Assembly (NCBI GenBank): GCA_021613535.1
Contig: CP075496.1
Location: 13,826,001-13,890,000 of the forward strand
Reading direction: 5' to 3'
Origin: Adineta vaga
Taxonomy: Eukaryota > Animalia > Rotifera
Length of the DNA stretch: 64,000 nt
Shown here: piece by piece, positions 27,001 through 42,000 of the stretch
How positions within the stretch are numbered: the first letter of the stretch is position 1
Layout of the letters: each line of letters starts with the position of its first letter
The notes under the pieces: model-generated
Database searches by the model: none
The model's input: only the letters and a program-made list of their open reading frames with translations
Told to the model about the DNA's origin: nothing
Position numbers and translations under genes: made by a program

Positions 27001-30000
27001 TTCCTAAGTTCGTCAAAAACCTAACGATAAATAAGAAACAATTTGACAAAGGTGAAACACTCAACTTTGAATGTACTCTCAACAAACCATTCGATGAAGT
27101 CGGTTGGCTTAAAGATGGTCAACCTATCGAAGAAGATGCACATGTACAATTCACCAAGGACGGTCCTAAACTCAAATTAACTATCAAAGATGCCCAACCA
27201 GAAGATCATACTGGCACATATTCGGTTCTTGTGAAAGAAGTTGAAAGTGACAAGGTGCCTGTGACTGTTACAAAGAAAGTACCGAAATTCGTCAAGGATC
27301 TCAAAGCAAACAAAACAACATTAACGGAAGGTGAACAATTAGTGCTCGAGTGTGAACTTGATATGGCACCAGAAACTGTTGAATTAAAATTGAATGGAGA
27401 AACTATTCCAAATGATCGTATCAAGCCTGAAATTAGAGATAAAAAGATCAAATTCACGCTTGATAATATTCAATTGAATGAATCGGGTGATTACACTGTA
27501 AAAGTCAATAATGAAGTCGATAGTAAATCAGTCTCAATCACAGTCAATGCTGATATCCCGAAATTTGTTAAGAACTTAACAATAAATAAAAAACAATTTG
27601 AAATTGGGGAGACACTCAACTTCGAATGTACTTTGAATAAACCATTCAATGATATTGTTTGGCTTAAAAACAATGAACCAATTGAAGAAGATGCACATAT
27701 ACAGTTCACACAGGATGGTCCTAAATTGAAACTGACAATCAAAGATGCTCAACCTGAAGATCATACTGGTACTTATTCAGTTCGTGTCAAAGAAGTCGAA
27801 AGTGATAAAGTTCCTGTTATTGTTCAAGAAAAACCATTAACATTTGTCAAAGATCTTAAAGCAGCAAAAACAACTCTAGATGAAAATGAAACATTAGAAT
27901 TATCGTGTCAATTAAGTCGTCCATTGAAACCGAATGAAACTATTCAATGGTATCGTAATGAAGTTCAAATACCTATTGAACAAGATTATCCTAATCAACA
28001 GATTGATTTACAAATTCCTGAAGTTCAACCAACAATGTCTGGTGAGTATCGTCTCGAAATCTCCAGTCCAAATCAACCGAAACCATTGAAAAGTTCTTCA
28101 ATAAAAATCACTATCAAACCTGAACAAATTAAATTCATTAAACCACTTTATGCACTAAAAAATCCTTTGAACGAAGATGAAACTCTCGTTCTCGAATGCG
28201 AATTAGATAAACCAACATATAAATCTGTTGTTTTCTTCTTAAATGATAAACCATTAAATGAAAATGGTGATGATCGTATTAAAGTAACACAAACTGGTAA
28301 TAAGTGGCAAATTCAAATAATAAATGTTAAACAAGATCTAGATCAAGGTGAATATACGGTTACCATCAATGAAAAAGTCACTTCACCCAAAGTCAAAGTT
28401 ACAATTATTAAAACATTAATCTTCATTGAAGATTTAACTGTTTCCAATTCTAAACCAATTACTGAAGAAACAATAACATTTGAATGTGAATTATCTCAAC
28501 CATTACCGTCGGGTGATAGCAAAGATCTTTCGTTGACATTGAATGGCAAATTATTATCCACTGATCAAACAAAACGTTTAAAAATTAATGTCAATTCAAC
28601 AAGTCCAAAGATAACAATGACATTAGCAAATGTAAAATTGAATGTTGATCAAGGTGATTATCAATTAAAAGTTCTTCATCCTCAACAAATTCAATCACAA
28701 ATCGTTCATGTAACAGTTCGATCCAAACCTATAGAAGTTCTTCAACCATTACAATCAGAAAAGGCTGATGTTTATGAAGATGATACACTTGTACTTTCAA
28801 CTAAACTAAAAAATGTTCCAGAAAATCCAACGATTGTTTGGTTAAAAGATGGTCAACCATTAACAATTGATAATAAACGTATTCGTTCAATTCCATCACG
28901 TGATGGACAACAATTTAAATTATCAATTGAAAATGTTCACTTAGATCAAAGTGGAACTTATGCTTTACAAATTAATAATGAAAATCTTACTCAATGTGAC
29001 ATTCAAATCAAATCAATTCCATTGAAAACAGTAACACCTTTGAAAATCATTGGAACACCTGTTGTCAATGGGAATGTTGAACTTCAAATTGAATTAAATC
29101 GAGCAAATGTTCCATTCGTATGGATGAAAGATGAAACACCTTTAGAAAACCAACCAGCAACTGTCAAAGATCAAACAAAATATCGTTTGAAATTATCCGA
29201 TTTAAAACTTGAAGATACCGGAATTTATTCAATTAGTTTTAATAATGGAGAATTAGTTGAACAAGTTAATCTAACTGTTGCATTACCACCATTTGAATTC
29301 ATTGAACAATTGAAATGTATTCCATCGGATGATGTTGAAGAAGGTTCAGATGTTTTAATGCAATGTGTTTTAAATCGACCAATTGATGATGAAACAATTC
29401 CGATTACTTTGATGAAAAATAATAAACCATTAACAACAGCGGATAGTGAACGAGTAAAAATTGAACGTGATGGACCAACTTTGAAAATTCATTTAACAAA
29501 TGTTAAACCAGATGATGTTGGTAAGTTTGAGAAATCTATTAACAAAAAAAACCAATTGAGACACGAGATTATCATGTATTGTTTTTCTTTTTTTATTCAG
29601 GTACATATAAAGTTACCATTGATAAAACAAAAGATTCAAGTACTCGATTAAAAGTTCACGATAAACCTTTAACAATCATTGAACAACTTCATCTTGTTAA
29701 TGCTTTGGATGATAATAATACTGTTAATGAAACATCATCATTCGATTTATTTATTCGTTATAATAAACCTGTGAAAAATCTCGTTCTTAATCGTGATAAT
29801 AAACGTTTGCCAGCAGATAAACATATTCAAATACTTTACGAAGATGATTCATCATCTGTTCGTATTCGTTTTGATGCTGCTCAACCAGATGATAAAGGTA
29901 AATACGAAACAATTGTCAAAGATTCAACAATTACGGATAAAGATGGTCTTCGAAGTCAATCAGTAACAATTACAATCAAACCATTACCTGTTTTATTCAC

Positions 30001-33000
30001 ATCGGATATTGAAATTTCGTCAGCAGATAAAGATAATATTCCAGAAAAAACGGAAGTGATATTAACAACAACAATCAATCAAGAAAAAGGTAAAATAAAA
30101 TGGTTTTTAAACGATAAAGAAATTAAAGAAGATCAAAATCATAAAATTACAATAAAAAATCTTCAACGACAATTAACAATTAAATCAACTGTTCTTACAG
30201 ATTCAGGAGTCTATTCAGTTAAAAGTGAAGATGATCAACGAACAATTGAAATAACAATCAAAGGTAAGATCTTTTTTTTAATTTAAATTGTCCATTAAAC
30301 ATTCTTTTCTTTTAGATAATCTTCGTTTTCTCAAAGAATTAACACCAACAACAGTCAATACAATTGAAGGTACAGATAAAGAACTTCTCTTTGAATGTGA
30401 AACATCGAAATCAACACCAGTTCAATGGTTTCATGATCAACAAAAACTATCACCAACTGAATTGAAAAAACATTATCAAATTGAATCAACAAAAACGAAT
30501 ACAATTCATAAATTAAAAATTCTTCAACCAGTTATTTCCGATTCCGGTTCATATCGTTGTGTTCTACCAAATAACATCGAAACAAGTGCACAATGTACAA
30601 TTGAACCAGCAGGAATTGATTTTCAACAACAATTAACAACACCTGTACATGTTGAACATATGAAGAGTGCATTATTAGAATGTGAATTAACACGAAAACC
30701 ACAGAATGTTATTTGGAAAGATAAAAATGGAGAAATCATTCAAGATAATGATAAATATGAAATTATGAATAATGGAAAATTACAAGGTAAATCAAATAAA
30801 ACATTTTTGATCTTCACTTTCTTCTTCTCATAGGTCTGGTTATCAATGATTGTGATGAAAATGATAATGGTTCATATACAATAACAATCGATAATACGAA
30901 ATCATCAACAGCAGAAGTTATTGTTGAACCTGCATTAGAAAAAGTTCGATCACCATCACCACCACCACCACCACAAGCTGCTTTTCGTCGATTACTTCCA
31001 AATGAATTGAATACTACAGAAGAAACAGATGTTCTACTCGAATGTGAAGTTAATGATACAAAACAAATCACAGATTGGTATTTAGATGATGATCTTATTC
31101 AAGAAAAGAATCCTCATTTTAAAATTATTAACAATGGAACAATTCGACAATTAAAAGGTTTTGTTTTTGAGGAAAAAACATTTTTCTTATATTTTGTTTT
31201 TATTTTTCAGTTCCAAAAATTGAATTAAAAGATGCAGGAAAATATACATGTAAAGATCGTCAAACAAAAGAAACAACAAATTGTAATATTACTGTTAATA
31301 AAGCATCGGTGAAAATTATTAAAGGTCTACCAGAAACATTAATTATACCGCAAGGTAAAAGAATTGTTTTTTTCATAAACGAGTTCGTTCGTATTCATCG
31401 ATTTGATTCGATGGATGAGTAATGATAATATAAGGTGCAGGTTTTTGTTCTTTTAATTGATATTTTATTCGAATAGGTTGTTTAACTTTAGTTAGAATAT
31501 AGATTAAAATCGAATAACAATGAAGAGATATAAATAAATAATTCATAAGAATAATTTCGATTAATTGTCCTTGAATTTGAAGTGAATTTCGAATGAAAAA
31601 GAAGATATTTATAGGACAAATAGTTAACATATAATAGATATTATAAATATTTAAATGAATTAGAATTCGTTGAAATTTATTTCTTGAACGTTGACGAGTT
31701 ATAGATGATTGAATACGATTTGTATGAACTTCAATTCGATATAATAAGAAAATAATTGCTAAGATCATCAATGAAAATGGAAGTAAAAATTGTAAGAAAA
31801 ACCAAATAAATTCAAATGTTAAGGAATTAAAATAACAATTTAAACATCGAGACGTTTCTAAAGGACATTTTGATAAAAGAACAAACAATGTTATAATTAT
31901 ACTACAAGATGAAAAGATAATTAAAAAGGGTGTAAATTGTCTTATCCACGTCAATCGTATATTTTGAGAATAGAAAATAAAAAGTGTTCTTTCTAAACTT
32001 GCATATGCTAATGAATATCCAATACCAGCTGATGCAACGAAAAATGTAATTAAATCAAAATTACATAATAAACGATATTGTTGTCCAGATGTTAAAGGAG
32101 ATAATGATGAAAAATATTCTGTTAATGTATGTAATGGCGTACTTATAAGTGAGAGAAGAACAGAGAATCCCAAAGAAAAATGATAAACATATGTTAAATG
32201 TGTTCGTTGATATTTATAACGAAAATATCGTAGTAAACTTAAGATTAAGAATATCATTCCAACGACTGCACTTAGCCATGTTAGAAGATAATGTTCAATA
32301 CGAAAAGAATAGAAATTCAAAAGTTCGTTTGATAAAGTGGAGTTCATTATGTAAAGTAAAAGCAGAAAGAAAAATGAGTTAGAGATGAGAAGAATTAATA
32401 GATAATAAAAAAAAGAAAGAAAAAAACTTTTTTCTCTTTATTTTTTTTTCTCGCCGAAGATGAAGGAAAAGAAGATGAAGAAGAAAAACTTACGGATTTG
32501 TGCTTGATAAAATATGCAAAGTTATTCTAATAGTCAACAGTCTTTTGAAAATCTGAAAGAAGTAGAGAGAAAAAAGAGATAAGCATGTTGACTACAAAGT
32601 CATGTCAATTAATGTGTCAAAAAAGTATTAAATAACGGAAAAAGAAGAAAATGAGAACAATTTAATCTACTTCTTGTTTTTCAGGTGAACAATTAAAACT
32701 TGAAGTTGAATTATCACATCCCAATATACCCAATTGTCGTTTTATTAAAGATGATATCGATAATCCACTTCGAAAAGATAAACGAACACGTATTACATCC
32801 GATGGTCCACGTCATACACTTGTTATCGATAATGTTCTACCCATTGGTGATACAGGTTGTTATGAATTTCTCGGTCTAAATGATTCACTTCGATCAACAT
32901 GTCAAGTTACTGTTCAATCTTTACCAAGTAAAATTACTCAACCATTAAAAGATGTAACATTACAAGAAAATCAAAATCTAACATTAGAAGCTCGTGTTGA

Positions 33001-36000
33001 TAATGAACATGCACCTGTCACTTGGTTTATCAATGGAAAAGAGATTCCATCGACAGGTGATGCACCACATATAACAATTATGTCCAAAGGACGACGTCAT
33101 ACATTAGTTGTACAAAAAGTCAATGCACAACAAGATGCAGGAAAATATGAAATTCGTACACCGGATGATGTCAGTTCATGTCAAGTGACAATTGAAGAAG
33201 TCGGTGCACCACCAGCAGATTTTACAAAGAAATTACAAAATGTTCAAACTGAAGAATTTCAAACAATTGAATTGAAATGTGAAACAAATCGAGAAGATTT
33301 ACCAATTGAATGGTTAAAAGATAATGTTATTCTTGAAATAAATGATCATTATACAATTGAAAGTCATGGTAAAACTCATCAATTAACAATTCATGATGTT
33401 TTAATCAATGATCAAGGTTCATATACATGTCGAATTAAATCCAATGGCAAAACAACAATTGCAACAATTAAAGTCAAAGAAATGCCAGCAGATTTTGTTC
33501 ATCAAATAGGTAAGTTTCTCTTGCGTGTTCTCATCTCGAATTAATCTCATTATTTAGAATCCATTGATGGAATTACTGGTGATACAGTTACATTTGATTG
33601 TCAATTAAATAAACCAAATATGAAAGTTAAATGGTTAAAAGATAATAAACCTTTAATAACTAATGATCGAATTCAACCATCAATCGATTCTGAAAATACA
33701 CATATTCATTTATTAACATTGAAAACAATTGATACAAAAGATGCAGGAACATATACATGTGTTATTGATCAACCATCGGGAAAGAAATGTTCAGCACCAT
33801 TAACAGTTAAATCGATTACATTGAAATTAATTGAACCATTAAAAGATGTTTCATTAATTGAAAATGAAGATCTAATTTTGAAATTTATTGTTTCACATGA
33901 TCTGAAACAAATTCCTGTGACATGGAAATTTAATAATAAACCAATCGAAGCTGATAATGATCGAATACAAATTGAACAAGATGGTAAATCATATTTCTTA
34001 ACAATTAAACGTGTACAAGTCAATGAAAAAGGTTCTTATTCAGCTGAAATTCCTTTACATAAATTAAATACTTCATCAAAAGTTATCGTTAAACCAGAAG
34101 ATATACAAATTCTTAAACAATTAACTCTTATTCTCGATGAAACACATCCCGAAAATCGAACACTTGAAATTCAATTGAATAAACCAATTACATCCGAATT
34201 AATTCTTCTTAAAAATGGTGTTAAACCAACACGAAAAATACCAATTGAAAATCTTAACAATGGAACATATCGATTTCTATTAGAAAATGTTAAACCAGAA
34301 GATTCTGGTCTCTATGAAGTTGTCATTCGACCGGATCTTAAAAGTTCTCTTCAACTCGATATTAAACCTAAAGAACAAATTGAATTAGATTTTCTTCTTC
34401 CATTAAAAGATAAAATTGAACTCAATGAAAACGAACCAATTCATCTCGAAGCTAAACTAACTCGTCAACCTGATTCACCCAATGATATTGTTTGGTTACG
34501 AAATGGTAAACCACTTCCATCATCAATTAAAACATCAATCGATGCAGATTTTACTGTAACATTAGATATTCCCAAAGGTAATATCGATAATGATACAGGA
34601 AAATATACAATTCAATTACCAAATAATAAACAAAGTTCAACACAAGTGAATATTTTGAAGACAATCATTTCGAAAGATCAAAATGAAATTCTTCAACCAT
34701 TACATATTATTCTTGATGATAATCAAACAAAGGTAAAATTGAATGAAAAAGTCATATTAAGATGCAAAACATCATTACCAGTCAAAGAGATCGAATGGTA
34801 TAAAGGTACAAAGAAAGTTTCACCACGTCGAGCAAATATTCTTAGTACAGAAAATTCGACACAACATGATTTGATTCTTTCGAAATTAGATGTCGAAGAT
34901 TTAGGACAATATCGTGTTGTATTTGATACAAAATTAGAATCTTCTATTCAATTAGAAATTCCACAAGAACTAAGTCCAATACGTTGTGAAGGACAACCAA
35001 TTGAAGGTGAAACAATTACATTAATTTGTGAAACAACACTTCCACCTAAACAAATTCAATGGTCACCAATAACTGATCGAAAACGTTATGATCAACAAGA
35101 TTTATTATTAAAAATCAAAAATTTAAATCTTGAACAAGATTCGAAAGTTTTTACAATTACTGTCGATGGTGAAAAACAATCTTATGAATTAATTATTCAA
35201 CCATTACCTTATAGATTTCAAAATGGAACGATTGAAATCAATCCGAAATTACCCAAAGAAGATGATAATGTTACATGTACAGTTACATTAAATAAACCAA
35301 TCAAAGATCAAGTTGTTGAATGGTATCTTAATAATGAATTAATCCTTCCAAATGAACGTTTTAGTTTATCAAATGATGGACCACGAACAATATTAACGAT
35401 TAAAAAAGTTCGTCCGAATGATGCTGGTCAAATTGAATGTCGAATTCCGTCATCTGATCAAAAATTAACTGCAGAATTAAAAATCAAAGAAAAACCATTA
35501 ACAATCTTAAAGCCTTTAACAGCAGATAAAGATAAACCAATTGAAGGCGATGATGTGACTTTATCGTGTCAATTTTCACGTAAACCGAAAACAATTGAAG
35601 TTTATAAAGATGGAAAAGCTATTGAACTTGATCAAGAATTGAAGGATGTTGATGCTACATTTACTATTCGTTTACCAAAAACAAAACCGAATGATAAAGG
35701 AAAATATACAGTTATTGGAGATAATGTTGAAACATCATATACATTACGTTTAACACCAAATCCAATTAAATTTACTAAACAATTAAAATGGGATAAAGAA
35801 TCACCTTATGAAGAAGAAACTGTTCAAGCAACATTTACATTAAGTCGATTACCTGATAAACCAATTCAATGGTATAAAGGAAAGATCGCACTTCCAATTG
35901 AATCAACAACAAAATATAAATACACACAAATCGATTGTACATTTACATTAACAATTCCTTCGGTAGAAATGAAAGATTCAGATACATATACAGTTAAACT

Positions 36001-39000
36001 TCCGGATGAAACTCAATCATCTGCACGTTTGAAAGTTCTTGAAACACCTGTCAAAGTTTTAGTTCCATTAACACTTGAACCAATTGAACCAATTCTTGGA
36101 AATGAATTTACTTTATCAATTACGTTAAGTCATGATGTTAAAAATAATGCAAAATGGCTTAAAACGGGTAAAGATCTTTCTTTAAAACGTGATTCAAGAA
36201 TTTCATTCAAACAAGAACCAGATAATAACAATCAAGGTTTTAAATATTCTATTACAATTCGTGATTCCAAACCAGAAGATGAAGGTGCATATCGATTTGA
36301 AGTAGAATCCAATCAAATTAGTGAATCAAAAACTGTTAAATTACTCGAACCGAAAATTCTTATTATCAAATGTGATGAAACAGTAAATGGAAAAGTTGGT
36401 TCACCGGTTACCCTAACATGTGAATTGAATATTCCACAAGGTCATGTCACTTGGTATCGTCAAGGTATTAAATTAACATCATCGGATTCGACACCATCGA
36501 AATCAACAGGATTAACAGTGAAAAATAATGAAACGATTCGAACATTGACAATCAATACATTGAAAAAAGATGATTTTGGTTCATATACAGTGAAAACAAA
36601 AGATGATAAACGTGAAATTCAACTTGTACAAACTAGTGATGATGATCAATTGAAAGTTCTTGAACATCCAGGAAAATTACTTGATTTAGATCAAAATGAT
36701 CAATTAAATCTTTCAATTGTAACCAATAAAAAATGTCCAATTGAATTTTTCAAAGACGGAAAAATCTTAAAAACAACTGAAACATTTGATAAAGAAAAAT
36801 CTCGTTATACTGTTACATTTACAATTGATAAAGTTGATTTTAAAGATCAAGGAATTTATAAATCAATTCTACCAGGTACAAAATACGAATATGAAACAGA
36901 AGTGTTAGTTCATGATCCATATCAACGACAGAAAACGGATATTGGTGATTCAGAAGAACCATTATTATTCGTTAAGAAACTCGAAGATCAAACAGTAAAA
37001 GAAGGTATTGAAGTCATTCTTGATTGTCAAGTTAATCGAACACCAAAATCTTCACCTATTTGGACACGAAATGGACAAGAATTGACAACCAATGATAAGA
37101 TTGAAATTATTCAAGGAGATGATAATCATTTACAATTAAAAATTCGAAATTGTTCAATTGATGATCAAGCAGAATATACATTGAACGTAGAAAATCTTCG
37201 TGGACATGCTTTTATTGATGTTGTAAGTTAAATTCATATTTAGTTTCGAATAGAAGAATTATATTTTTTTCTCTTCTTTTTCAGTTAACTGATCGTGTTC
37301 GATTTACACAAAAACTTGTTGATACAATCGTCAAAGTTGGTTCTCCAATTGTTCTCGAATGTAAATTATCAATTCCAGATAGACCAATCATTTGGAAACG
37401 TGATGGTCAACCACTTGATTCTAAATTATCACATATTGATGCATATTTACATACACTTCGTCTTCCATCTGCTGAACTTGATCATAGTGGCAAATATTCT
37501 GCACATTATAACGATGATATTGAAACATCATGTACTGTTTCTGTTCAAACTGAACCTGTTTTTGCACGTGAATTACCTCCTGAATTAACATTGAAAGTTG
37601 GTACAAATCTTTTACTTGACGTAGAAACAACACGTCCAAATAAAACAGTTCAATGGTATCGTAATGGTAAATTAATTCCACGTACTGGCGATACACGTCA
37701 TCGTTTAGCCGATGATAAATATGATCATTCATTAAAACTTTCGAAAGTTACCGAACAAGATGATCATGATATTCTATATGAATGTGAATGTGATGGTGTA
37801 CGAAGTCAATGTCGTGTTTATGTACAAAAAGAACCATTAGTTTTCTTTAAAGATCTTAAAGATATGAAATATGAATTAAATGATCGATTAGTTTTTCTTG
37901 TTAAAATGAATAAACGTCCATCGAATGATGCACGATGGTTACATAATGGACAAGTTATTGAAATATCCGATCGAATTCAAATGATTTATGATGAGAAAGA
38001 AAATGAAGCGAAATTAATTATTGAAAATGCCAATGAAAATGATCAAGGAAAGTATATGTATGATGCAATTGAAGCACGAACAAGTTGTACAGCGGATTTA
38101 AAGATTATTCCAATGGAATTTATACAAGATTTAAGAAATCGTTCTGTTAAACAAGATCAACCTGTTCAATTTGAATGTGAAGTGAATAAAATTCCAACAA
38201 AAGTTGTTTGGATGTTAAATGGACAAGTTATCGAATCTGATGGAACAAGATTTGATTGTGTTACATCACCTGGAAAGAAGAAATTTACTCTAAAGATTAA
38301 ACAAGCATTATTATCCGATGCAGGAAATGTTACAGTGAGAATTGATGATCAAATTGAATCAACAGCAACTTTGGATGTTAAAGGTTTGTTTATTCGATGA
38401 TGAGAAGAAGAAGAAGAAGAAGAATTTGTATTTTGTAGGAATTCCAATTGAATTTGTGAAAAGTTTAACAGGTGCTCGAGTGAATGAAAATGATTCAGTT
38501 AATTTTATCTGTGAATTAAATAAACCAAATATTCATGTCAAATGGTTTCATGAAGGAGAACCAATTACTTCAGGTTGTGAATGGAAACGTTTTTATTAAT
38601 TGAGTCTATAACAATCTCTCTCTCTCTCTCTCTTTAGATGATCATATTAATATTCAAGCGAAAGGAACAATTCATATATTAAAGATTCCAAAAGTTGCTT
38701 GGAATGAAGGTGGTGAATACAAATGTGTTGCAGATGGTGGTGCAAAAACAAGTGCAACATTGATTGTTAAAGGTAAAAGAAAGTTTGTTTTCTTCTCTAA
38801 ATCAGAAACTAATTTCGAATCGATTGTAGCAACACCAGTTACATTTACAAAACTTCTCGAAGAACGTGTATGTAATTTTGGTGAATCTGTTGAATTTACA
38901 TGTGAAACATCGAAACCATGTCGTGTTGAATGGTTTGTTAATGATAAACGTCTTTCATCTCAACAAATTGATATTCAAACGATTGAAAATAAACATACAC

Positions 39001-42000
39001 TTCGTATTCCAAAAGTCAAATTAACTGATAAAGGTTGGTACAAATGTACAGTTCAAGAGGAATTAACCGAAGCGAAATTAACCATCATTGGTAAGAAAAT
39101 AATGAAATTAGAAAAGAAAATTTTTATTCTATGTTTTTGTGTTTTATAGATAAACCTGTCGAATTAGTTGAACCATTGACAGATTTGAATGTTCAAGAGA
39201 ATGAAAATGCAACATTAGTTTGTCAATTATCTAAACCTGATATGGATGTTATTTGGTATCATAATGATCGACGTATATTTTTTACACCACAATCCCGTAT
39301 ACGTGCAAAACAGATTGATACATATTATAAATTATTACTAGATGATATTGAATATGATGATCAAGGTTTATATGAAATGCGTTGTGAAAATATAAAAACA
39401 TCGTGTCATTTAACAGTGAAGAAATTAGAAACAACATTTCTTGATCATTTAAGAAATTTGAATGTTCAAGAAGGAGTATGTTGAAGTTTTTCAAAATAGT
39501 TATTTATTAAAATTTGATCTTTGTGCTCTTTTTTTCAAGGAAACAGCAAAATTTCAATGTCGATTATCAAAATTAAGTTCAAATGTTCAATGGTTTAAAG
39601 ATGGTATTCGTATATTACCAAGTGATCGAATTGTTTATTCAATCAAAGGTGATCATTTATCGTTAACAATTCATAATGCACAAATTGAAGATGAAGGAAA
39701 TTATCGTTGTATGATAGATAATCAACATACAGATGCAACATTAACTGTCGAACGTAAGTTTAAGAATCGATAAAATCTTTCATAATTCATCTGATTATTT
39801 CCTTTTCAGCATTACCTGCGATTTTTATTAAATATTTACCAAAAACATGGACTGTTTATGGTGATGAACCAATGGAATTATCATGTCAAATATCGAAACC
39901 TAATGCTCGAGTTACTTGGTTGAAAAATGGAATTCCAATAATTGAAAAAGAACAAATGAGAAATGAAGGTTTAAGATATAGTCTTTCTATTCCACATGGT
40001 GTTCAATCCGGATTATATACAATTCGTATTGATGATAACAATGGACTGGAAAGTAGTTGTCAAGTAACAGTCGAAGATTTGGCAGAGAATGAACGAAAGA
40101 AACCACGTATTATTCGTGGTCTTGAAGATTTGAATTTACGTGAAGGTGAAACATTGGAATTAAATTGTCAATTTGAAGGTGAAGATGTCGAAGCAACTTG
40201 GTTTTTCAATGGTATTATGCTTCGTACAAATGTTTTTACAACGATTAATTTTAAACCAAATGAATTAGCACAAATATTAATGAAAGAAGTTTATCTCGAA
40301 GATGCTGGTTTATATAAATTACGTTTAAAGAATAAATATGGTGAAGTATCAACATCATGTACTGTCTATGTTCGTCAACGTGAACTTGGAACAGATCAAC
40401 GAAAAATGAGTACCGAAGATTTACCACCTAAGTAAGTTTAGTTGTGACTTGAATTTATCTTTATTCTTGGAAATTTTTTCTATTAGATTTATTCAACCAA
40501 TATCTGATGTCTATGTTCATCATGGACAAGAAGCAAATTTTCGTGCGATTATTGTCGGACAACCGACACCAAAAGTTACTTGGTATTGTAATTATAAGAA
40601 GATTGCTAATAATGAAAAATATCGTATTACACAAGATAAAGATGAATATGTCTTGGCAATTTTACAAGTGAATGAAAATGATGAATGTGAATATACATGT
40701 AAAGCAGAAAATGCAATTGGAGAAAAGACTTGTTCTGCTAATTTACATTTGATTGGTGCATCAAAATCACAAACGTATGTTGACAGAGTTGTTTTTAATC
40801 AAAACATGAAATTAATTATTTTGTGTATGTTTGTTTCTTTCTTTGTAGAACGGATGATATTGCACCATCATTTATTCGTAAACTTCGAAATTGTACTGTA
40901 ATTGAAGGACAACGTGCTAAATTCGATTGTTTTATAACTGGTCAACCGAGTCCAACAATTCGTTGGTTACTTAATGGTTTACCATTAGATATTGATGGTA
41001 ATCCAACGAAGTATTTCTCACAAATTCAATCCAATGGAAAAGTTCTATTAACAATTGAAGATTGTTCACAAGAAGATGCAGGTGAAATAACTATTATCGT
41101 AGAAAATCGTGCTGGTTCAACAAAATGTTCAGCTGAATTAACTGTTGAACCTCATCATGAATCAAGTCGATTGAAACGTCGTGTAAGTTTCGATGTACCA
41201 GAAATACCACCCTCATCAAGTAAACAAGGTGCTTTACCATTACCACCATCAAGATTATTATTAACCCCACATTCAAAATCAAGTTTGAATCTAAGTTGGG
41301 AACATTCACCATCACATAATCGAACACAACCTTGTACATATATCGTTGAATTACGAGATCCAAGAACGTATTCATGGACAACATATGTTTCATTATTATC
41401 AGGTTTGTTTATTTAATCGGAGAATTTCTCTAATAAAAAAAAACGTGTTTGTTTTTCTCTTACTTTGATTTGAATAGATACTAGCGTTCAATTACGTGGT
41501 TTGAATTTAAATCATATCTATGCAGTTCGAGTACGAGCTGAGAATACATTTGGTGTTAGTGATCCATCACAACCGGTTACAAGTCGACTTTTAAGTCGAG
41601 GTAGAGAATTTATTTTTGTTAAATTTTCAATTGTAATCGAAATGAATTTAGGTGATGAACGAAATAAAGATGATGACGGATCCGCAAGTAAAACAAAACG
41701 ACTACCAACTTCACGATTGGATGAATATGGTAAATCATTAACTAATCGAAGTTCTTTTGAGATATAAATATATTGTCTGTCTTTAGGAACTCGACCCTCA
41801 TTACAAGTCGATGGTCCTGATATTCAATATTTTCTTGAAGGTCAAAATGTTCGAATAACAATGTTACTTGTTGGTTATCCAATTCCTGATATTACATGGT
41901 ATCATGATGTAAGTCTTAAGAATTCATCTGACTTTTAATTTAAATCATTTTGATCGATAATTTAGGGAGAGAAAATCTCATCAAATGATTCACGTATTAA

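Noticed and set aside
23515-27764. Periodic minus-strand ORFs
   Set aside because: Shadows of the 555-bp Ig super-repeat
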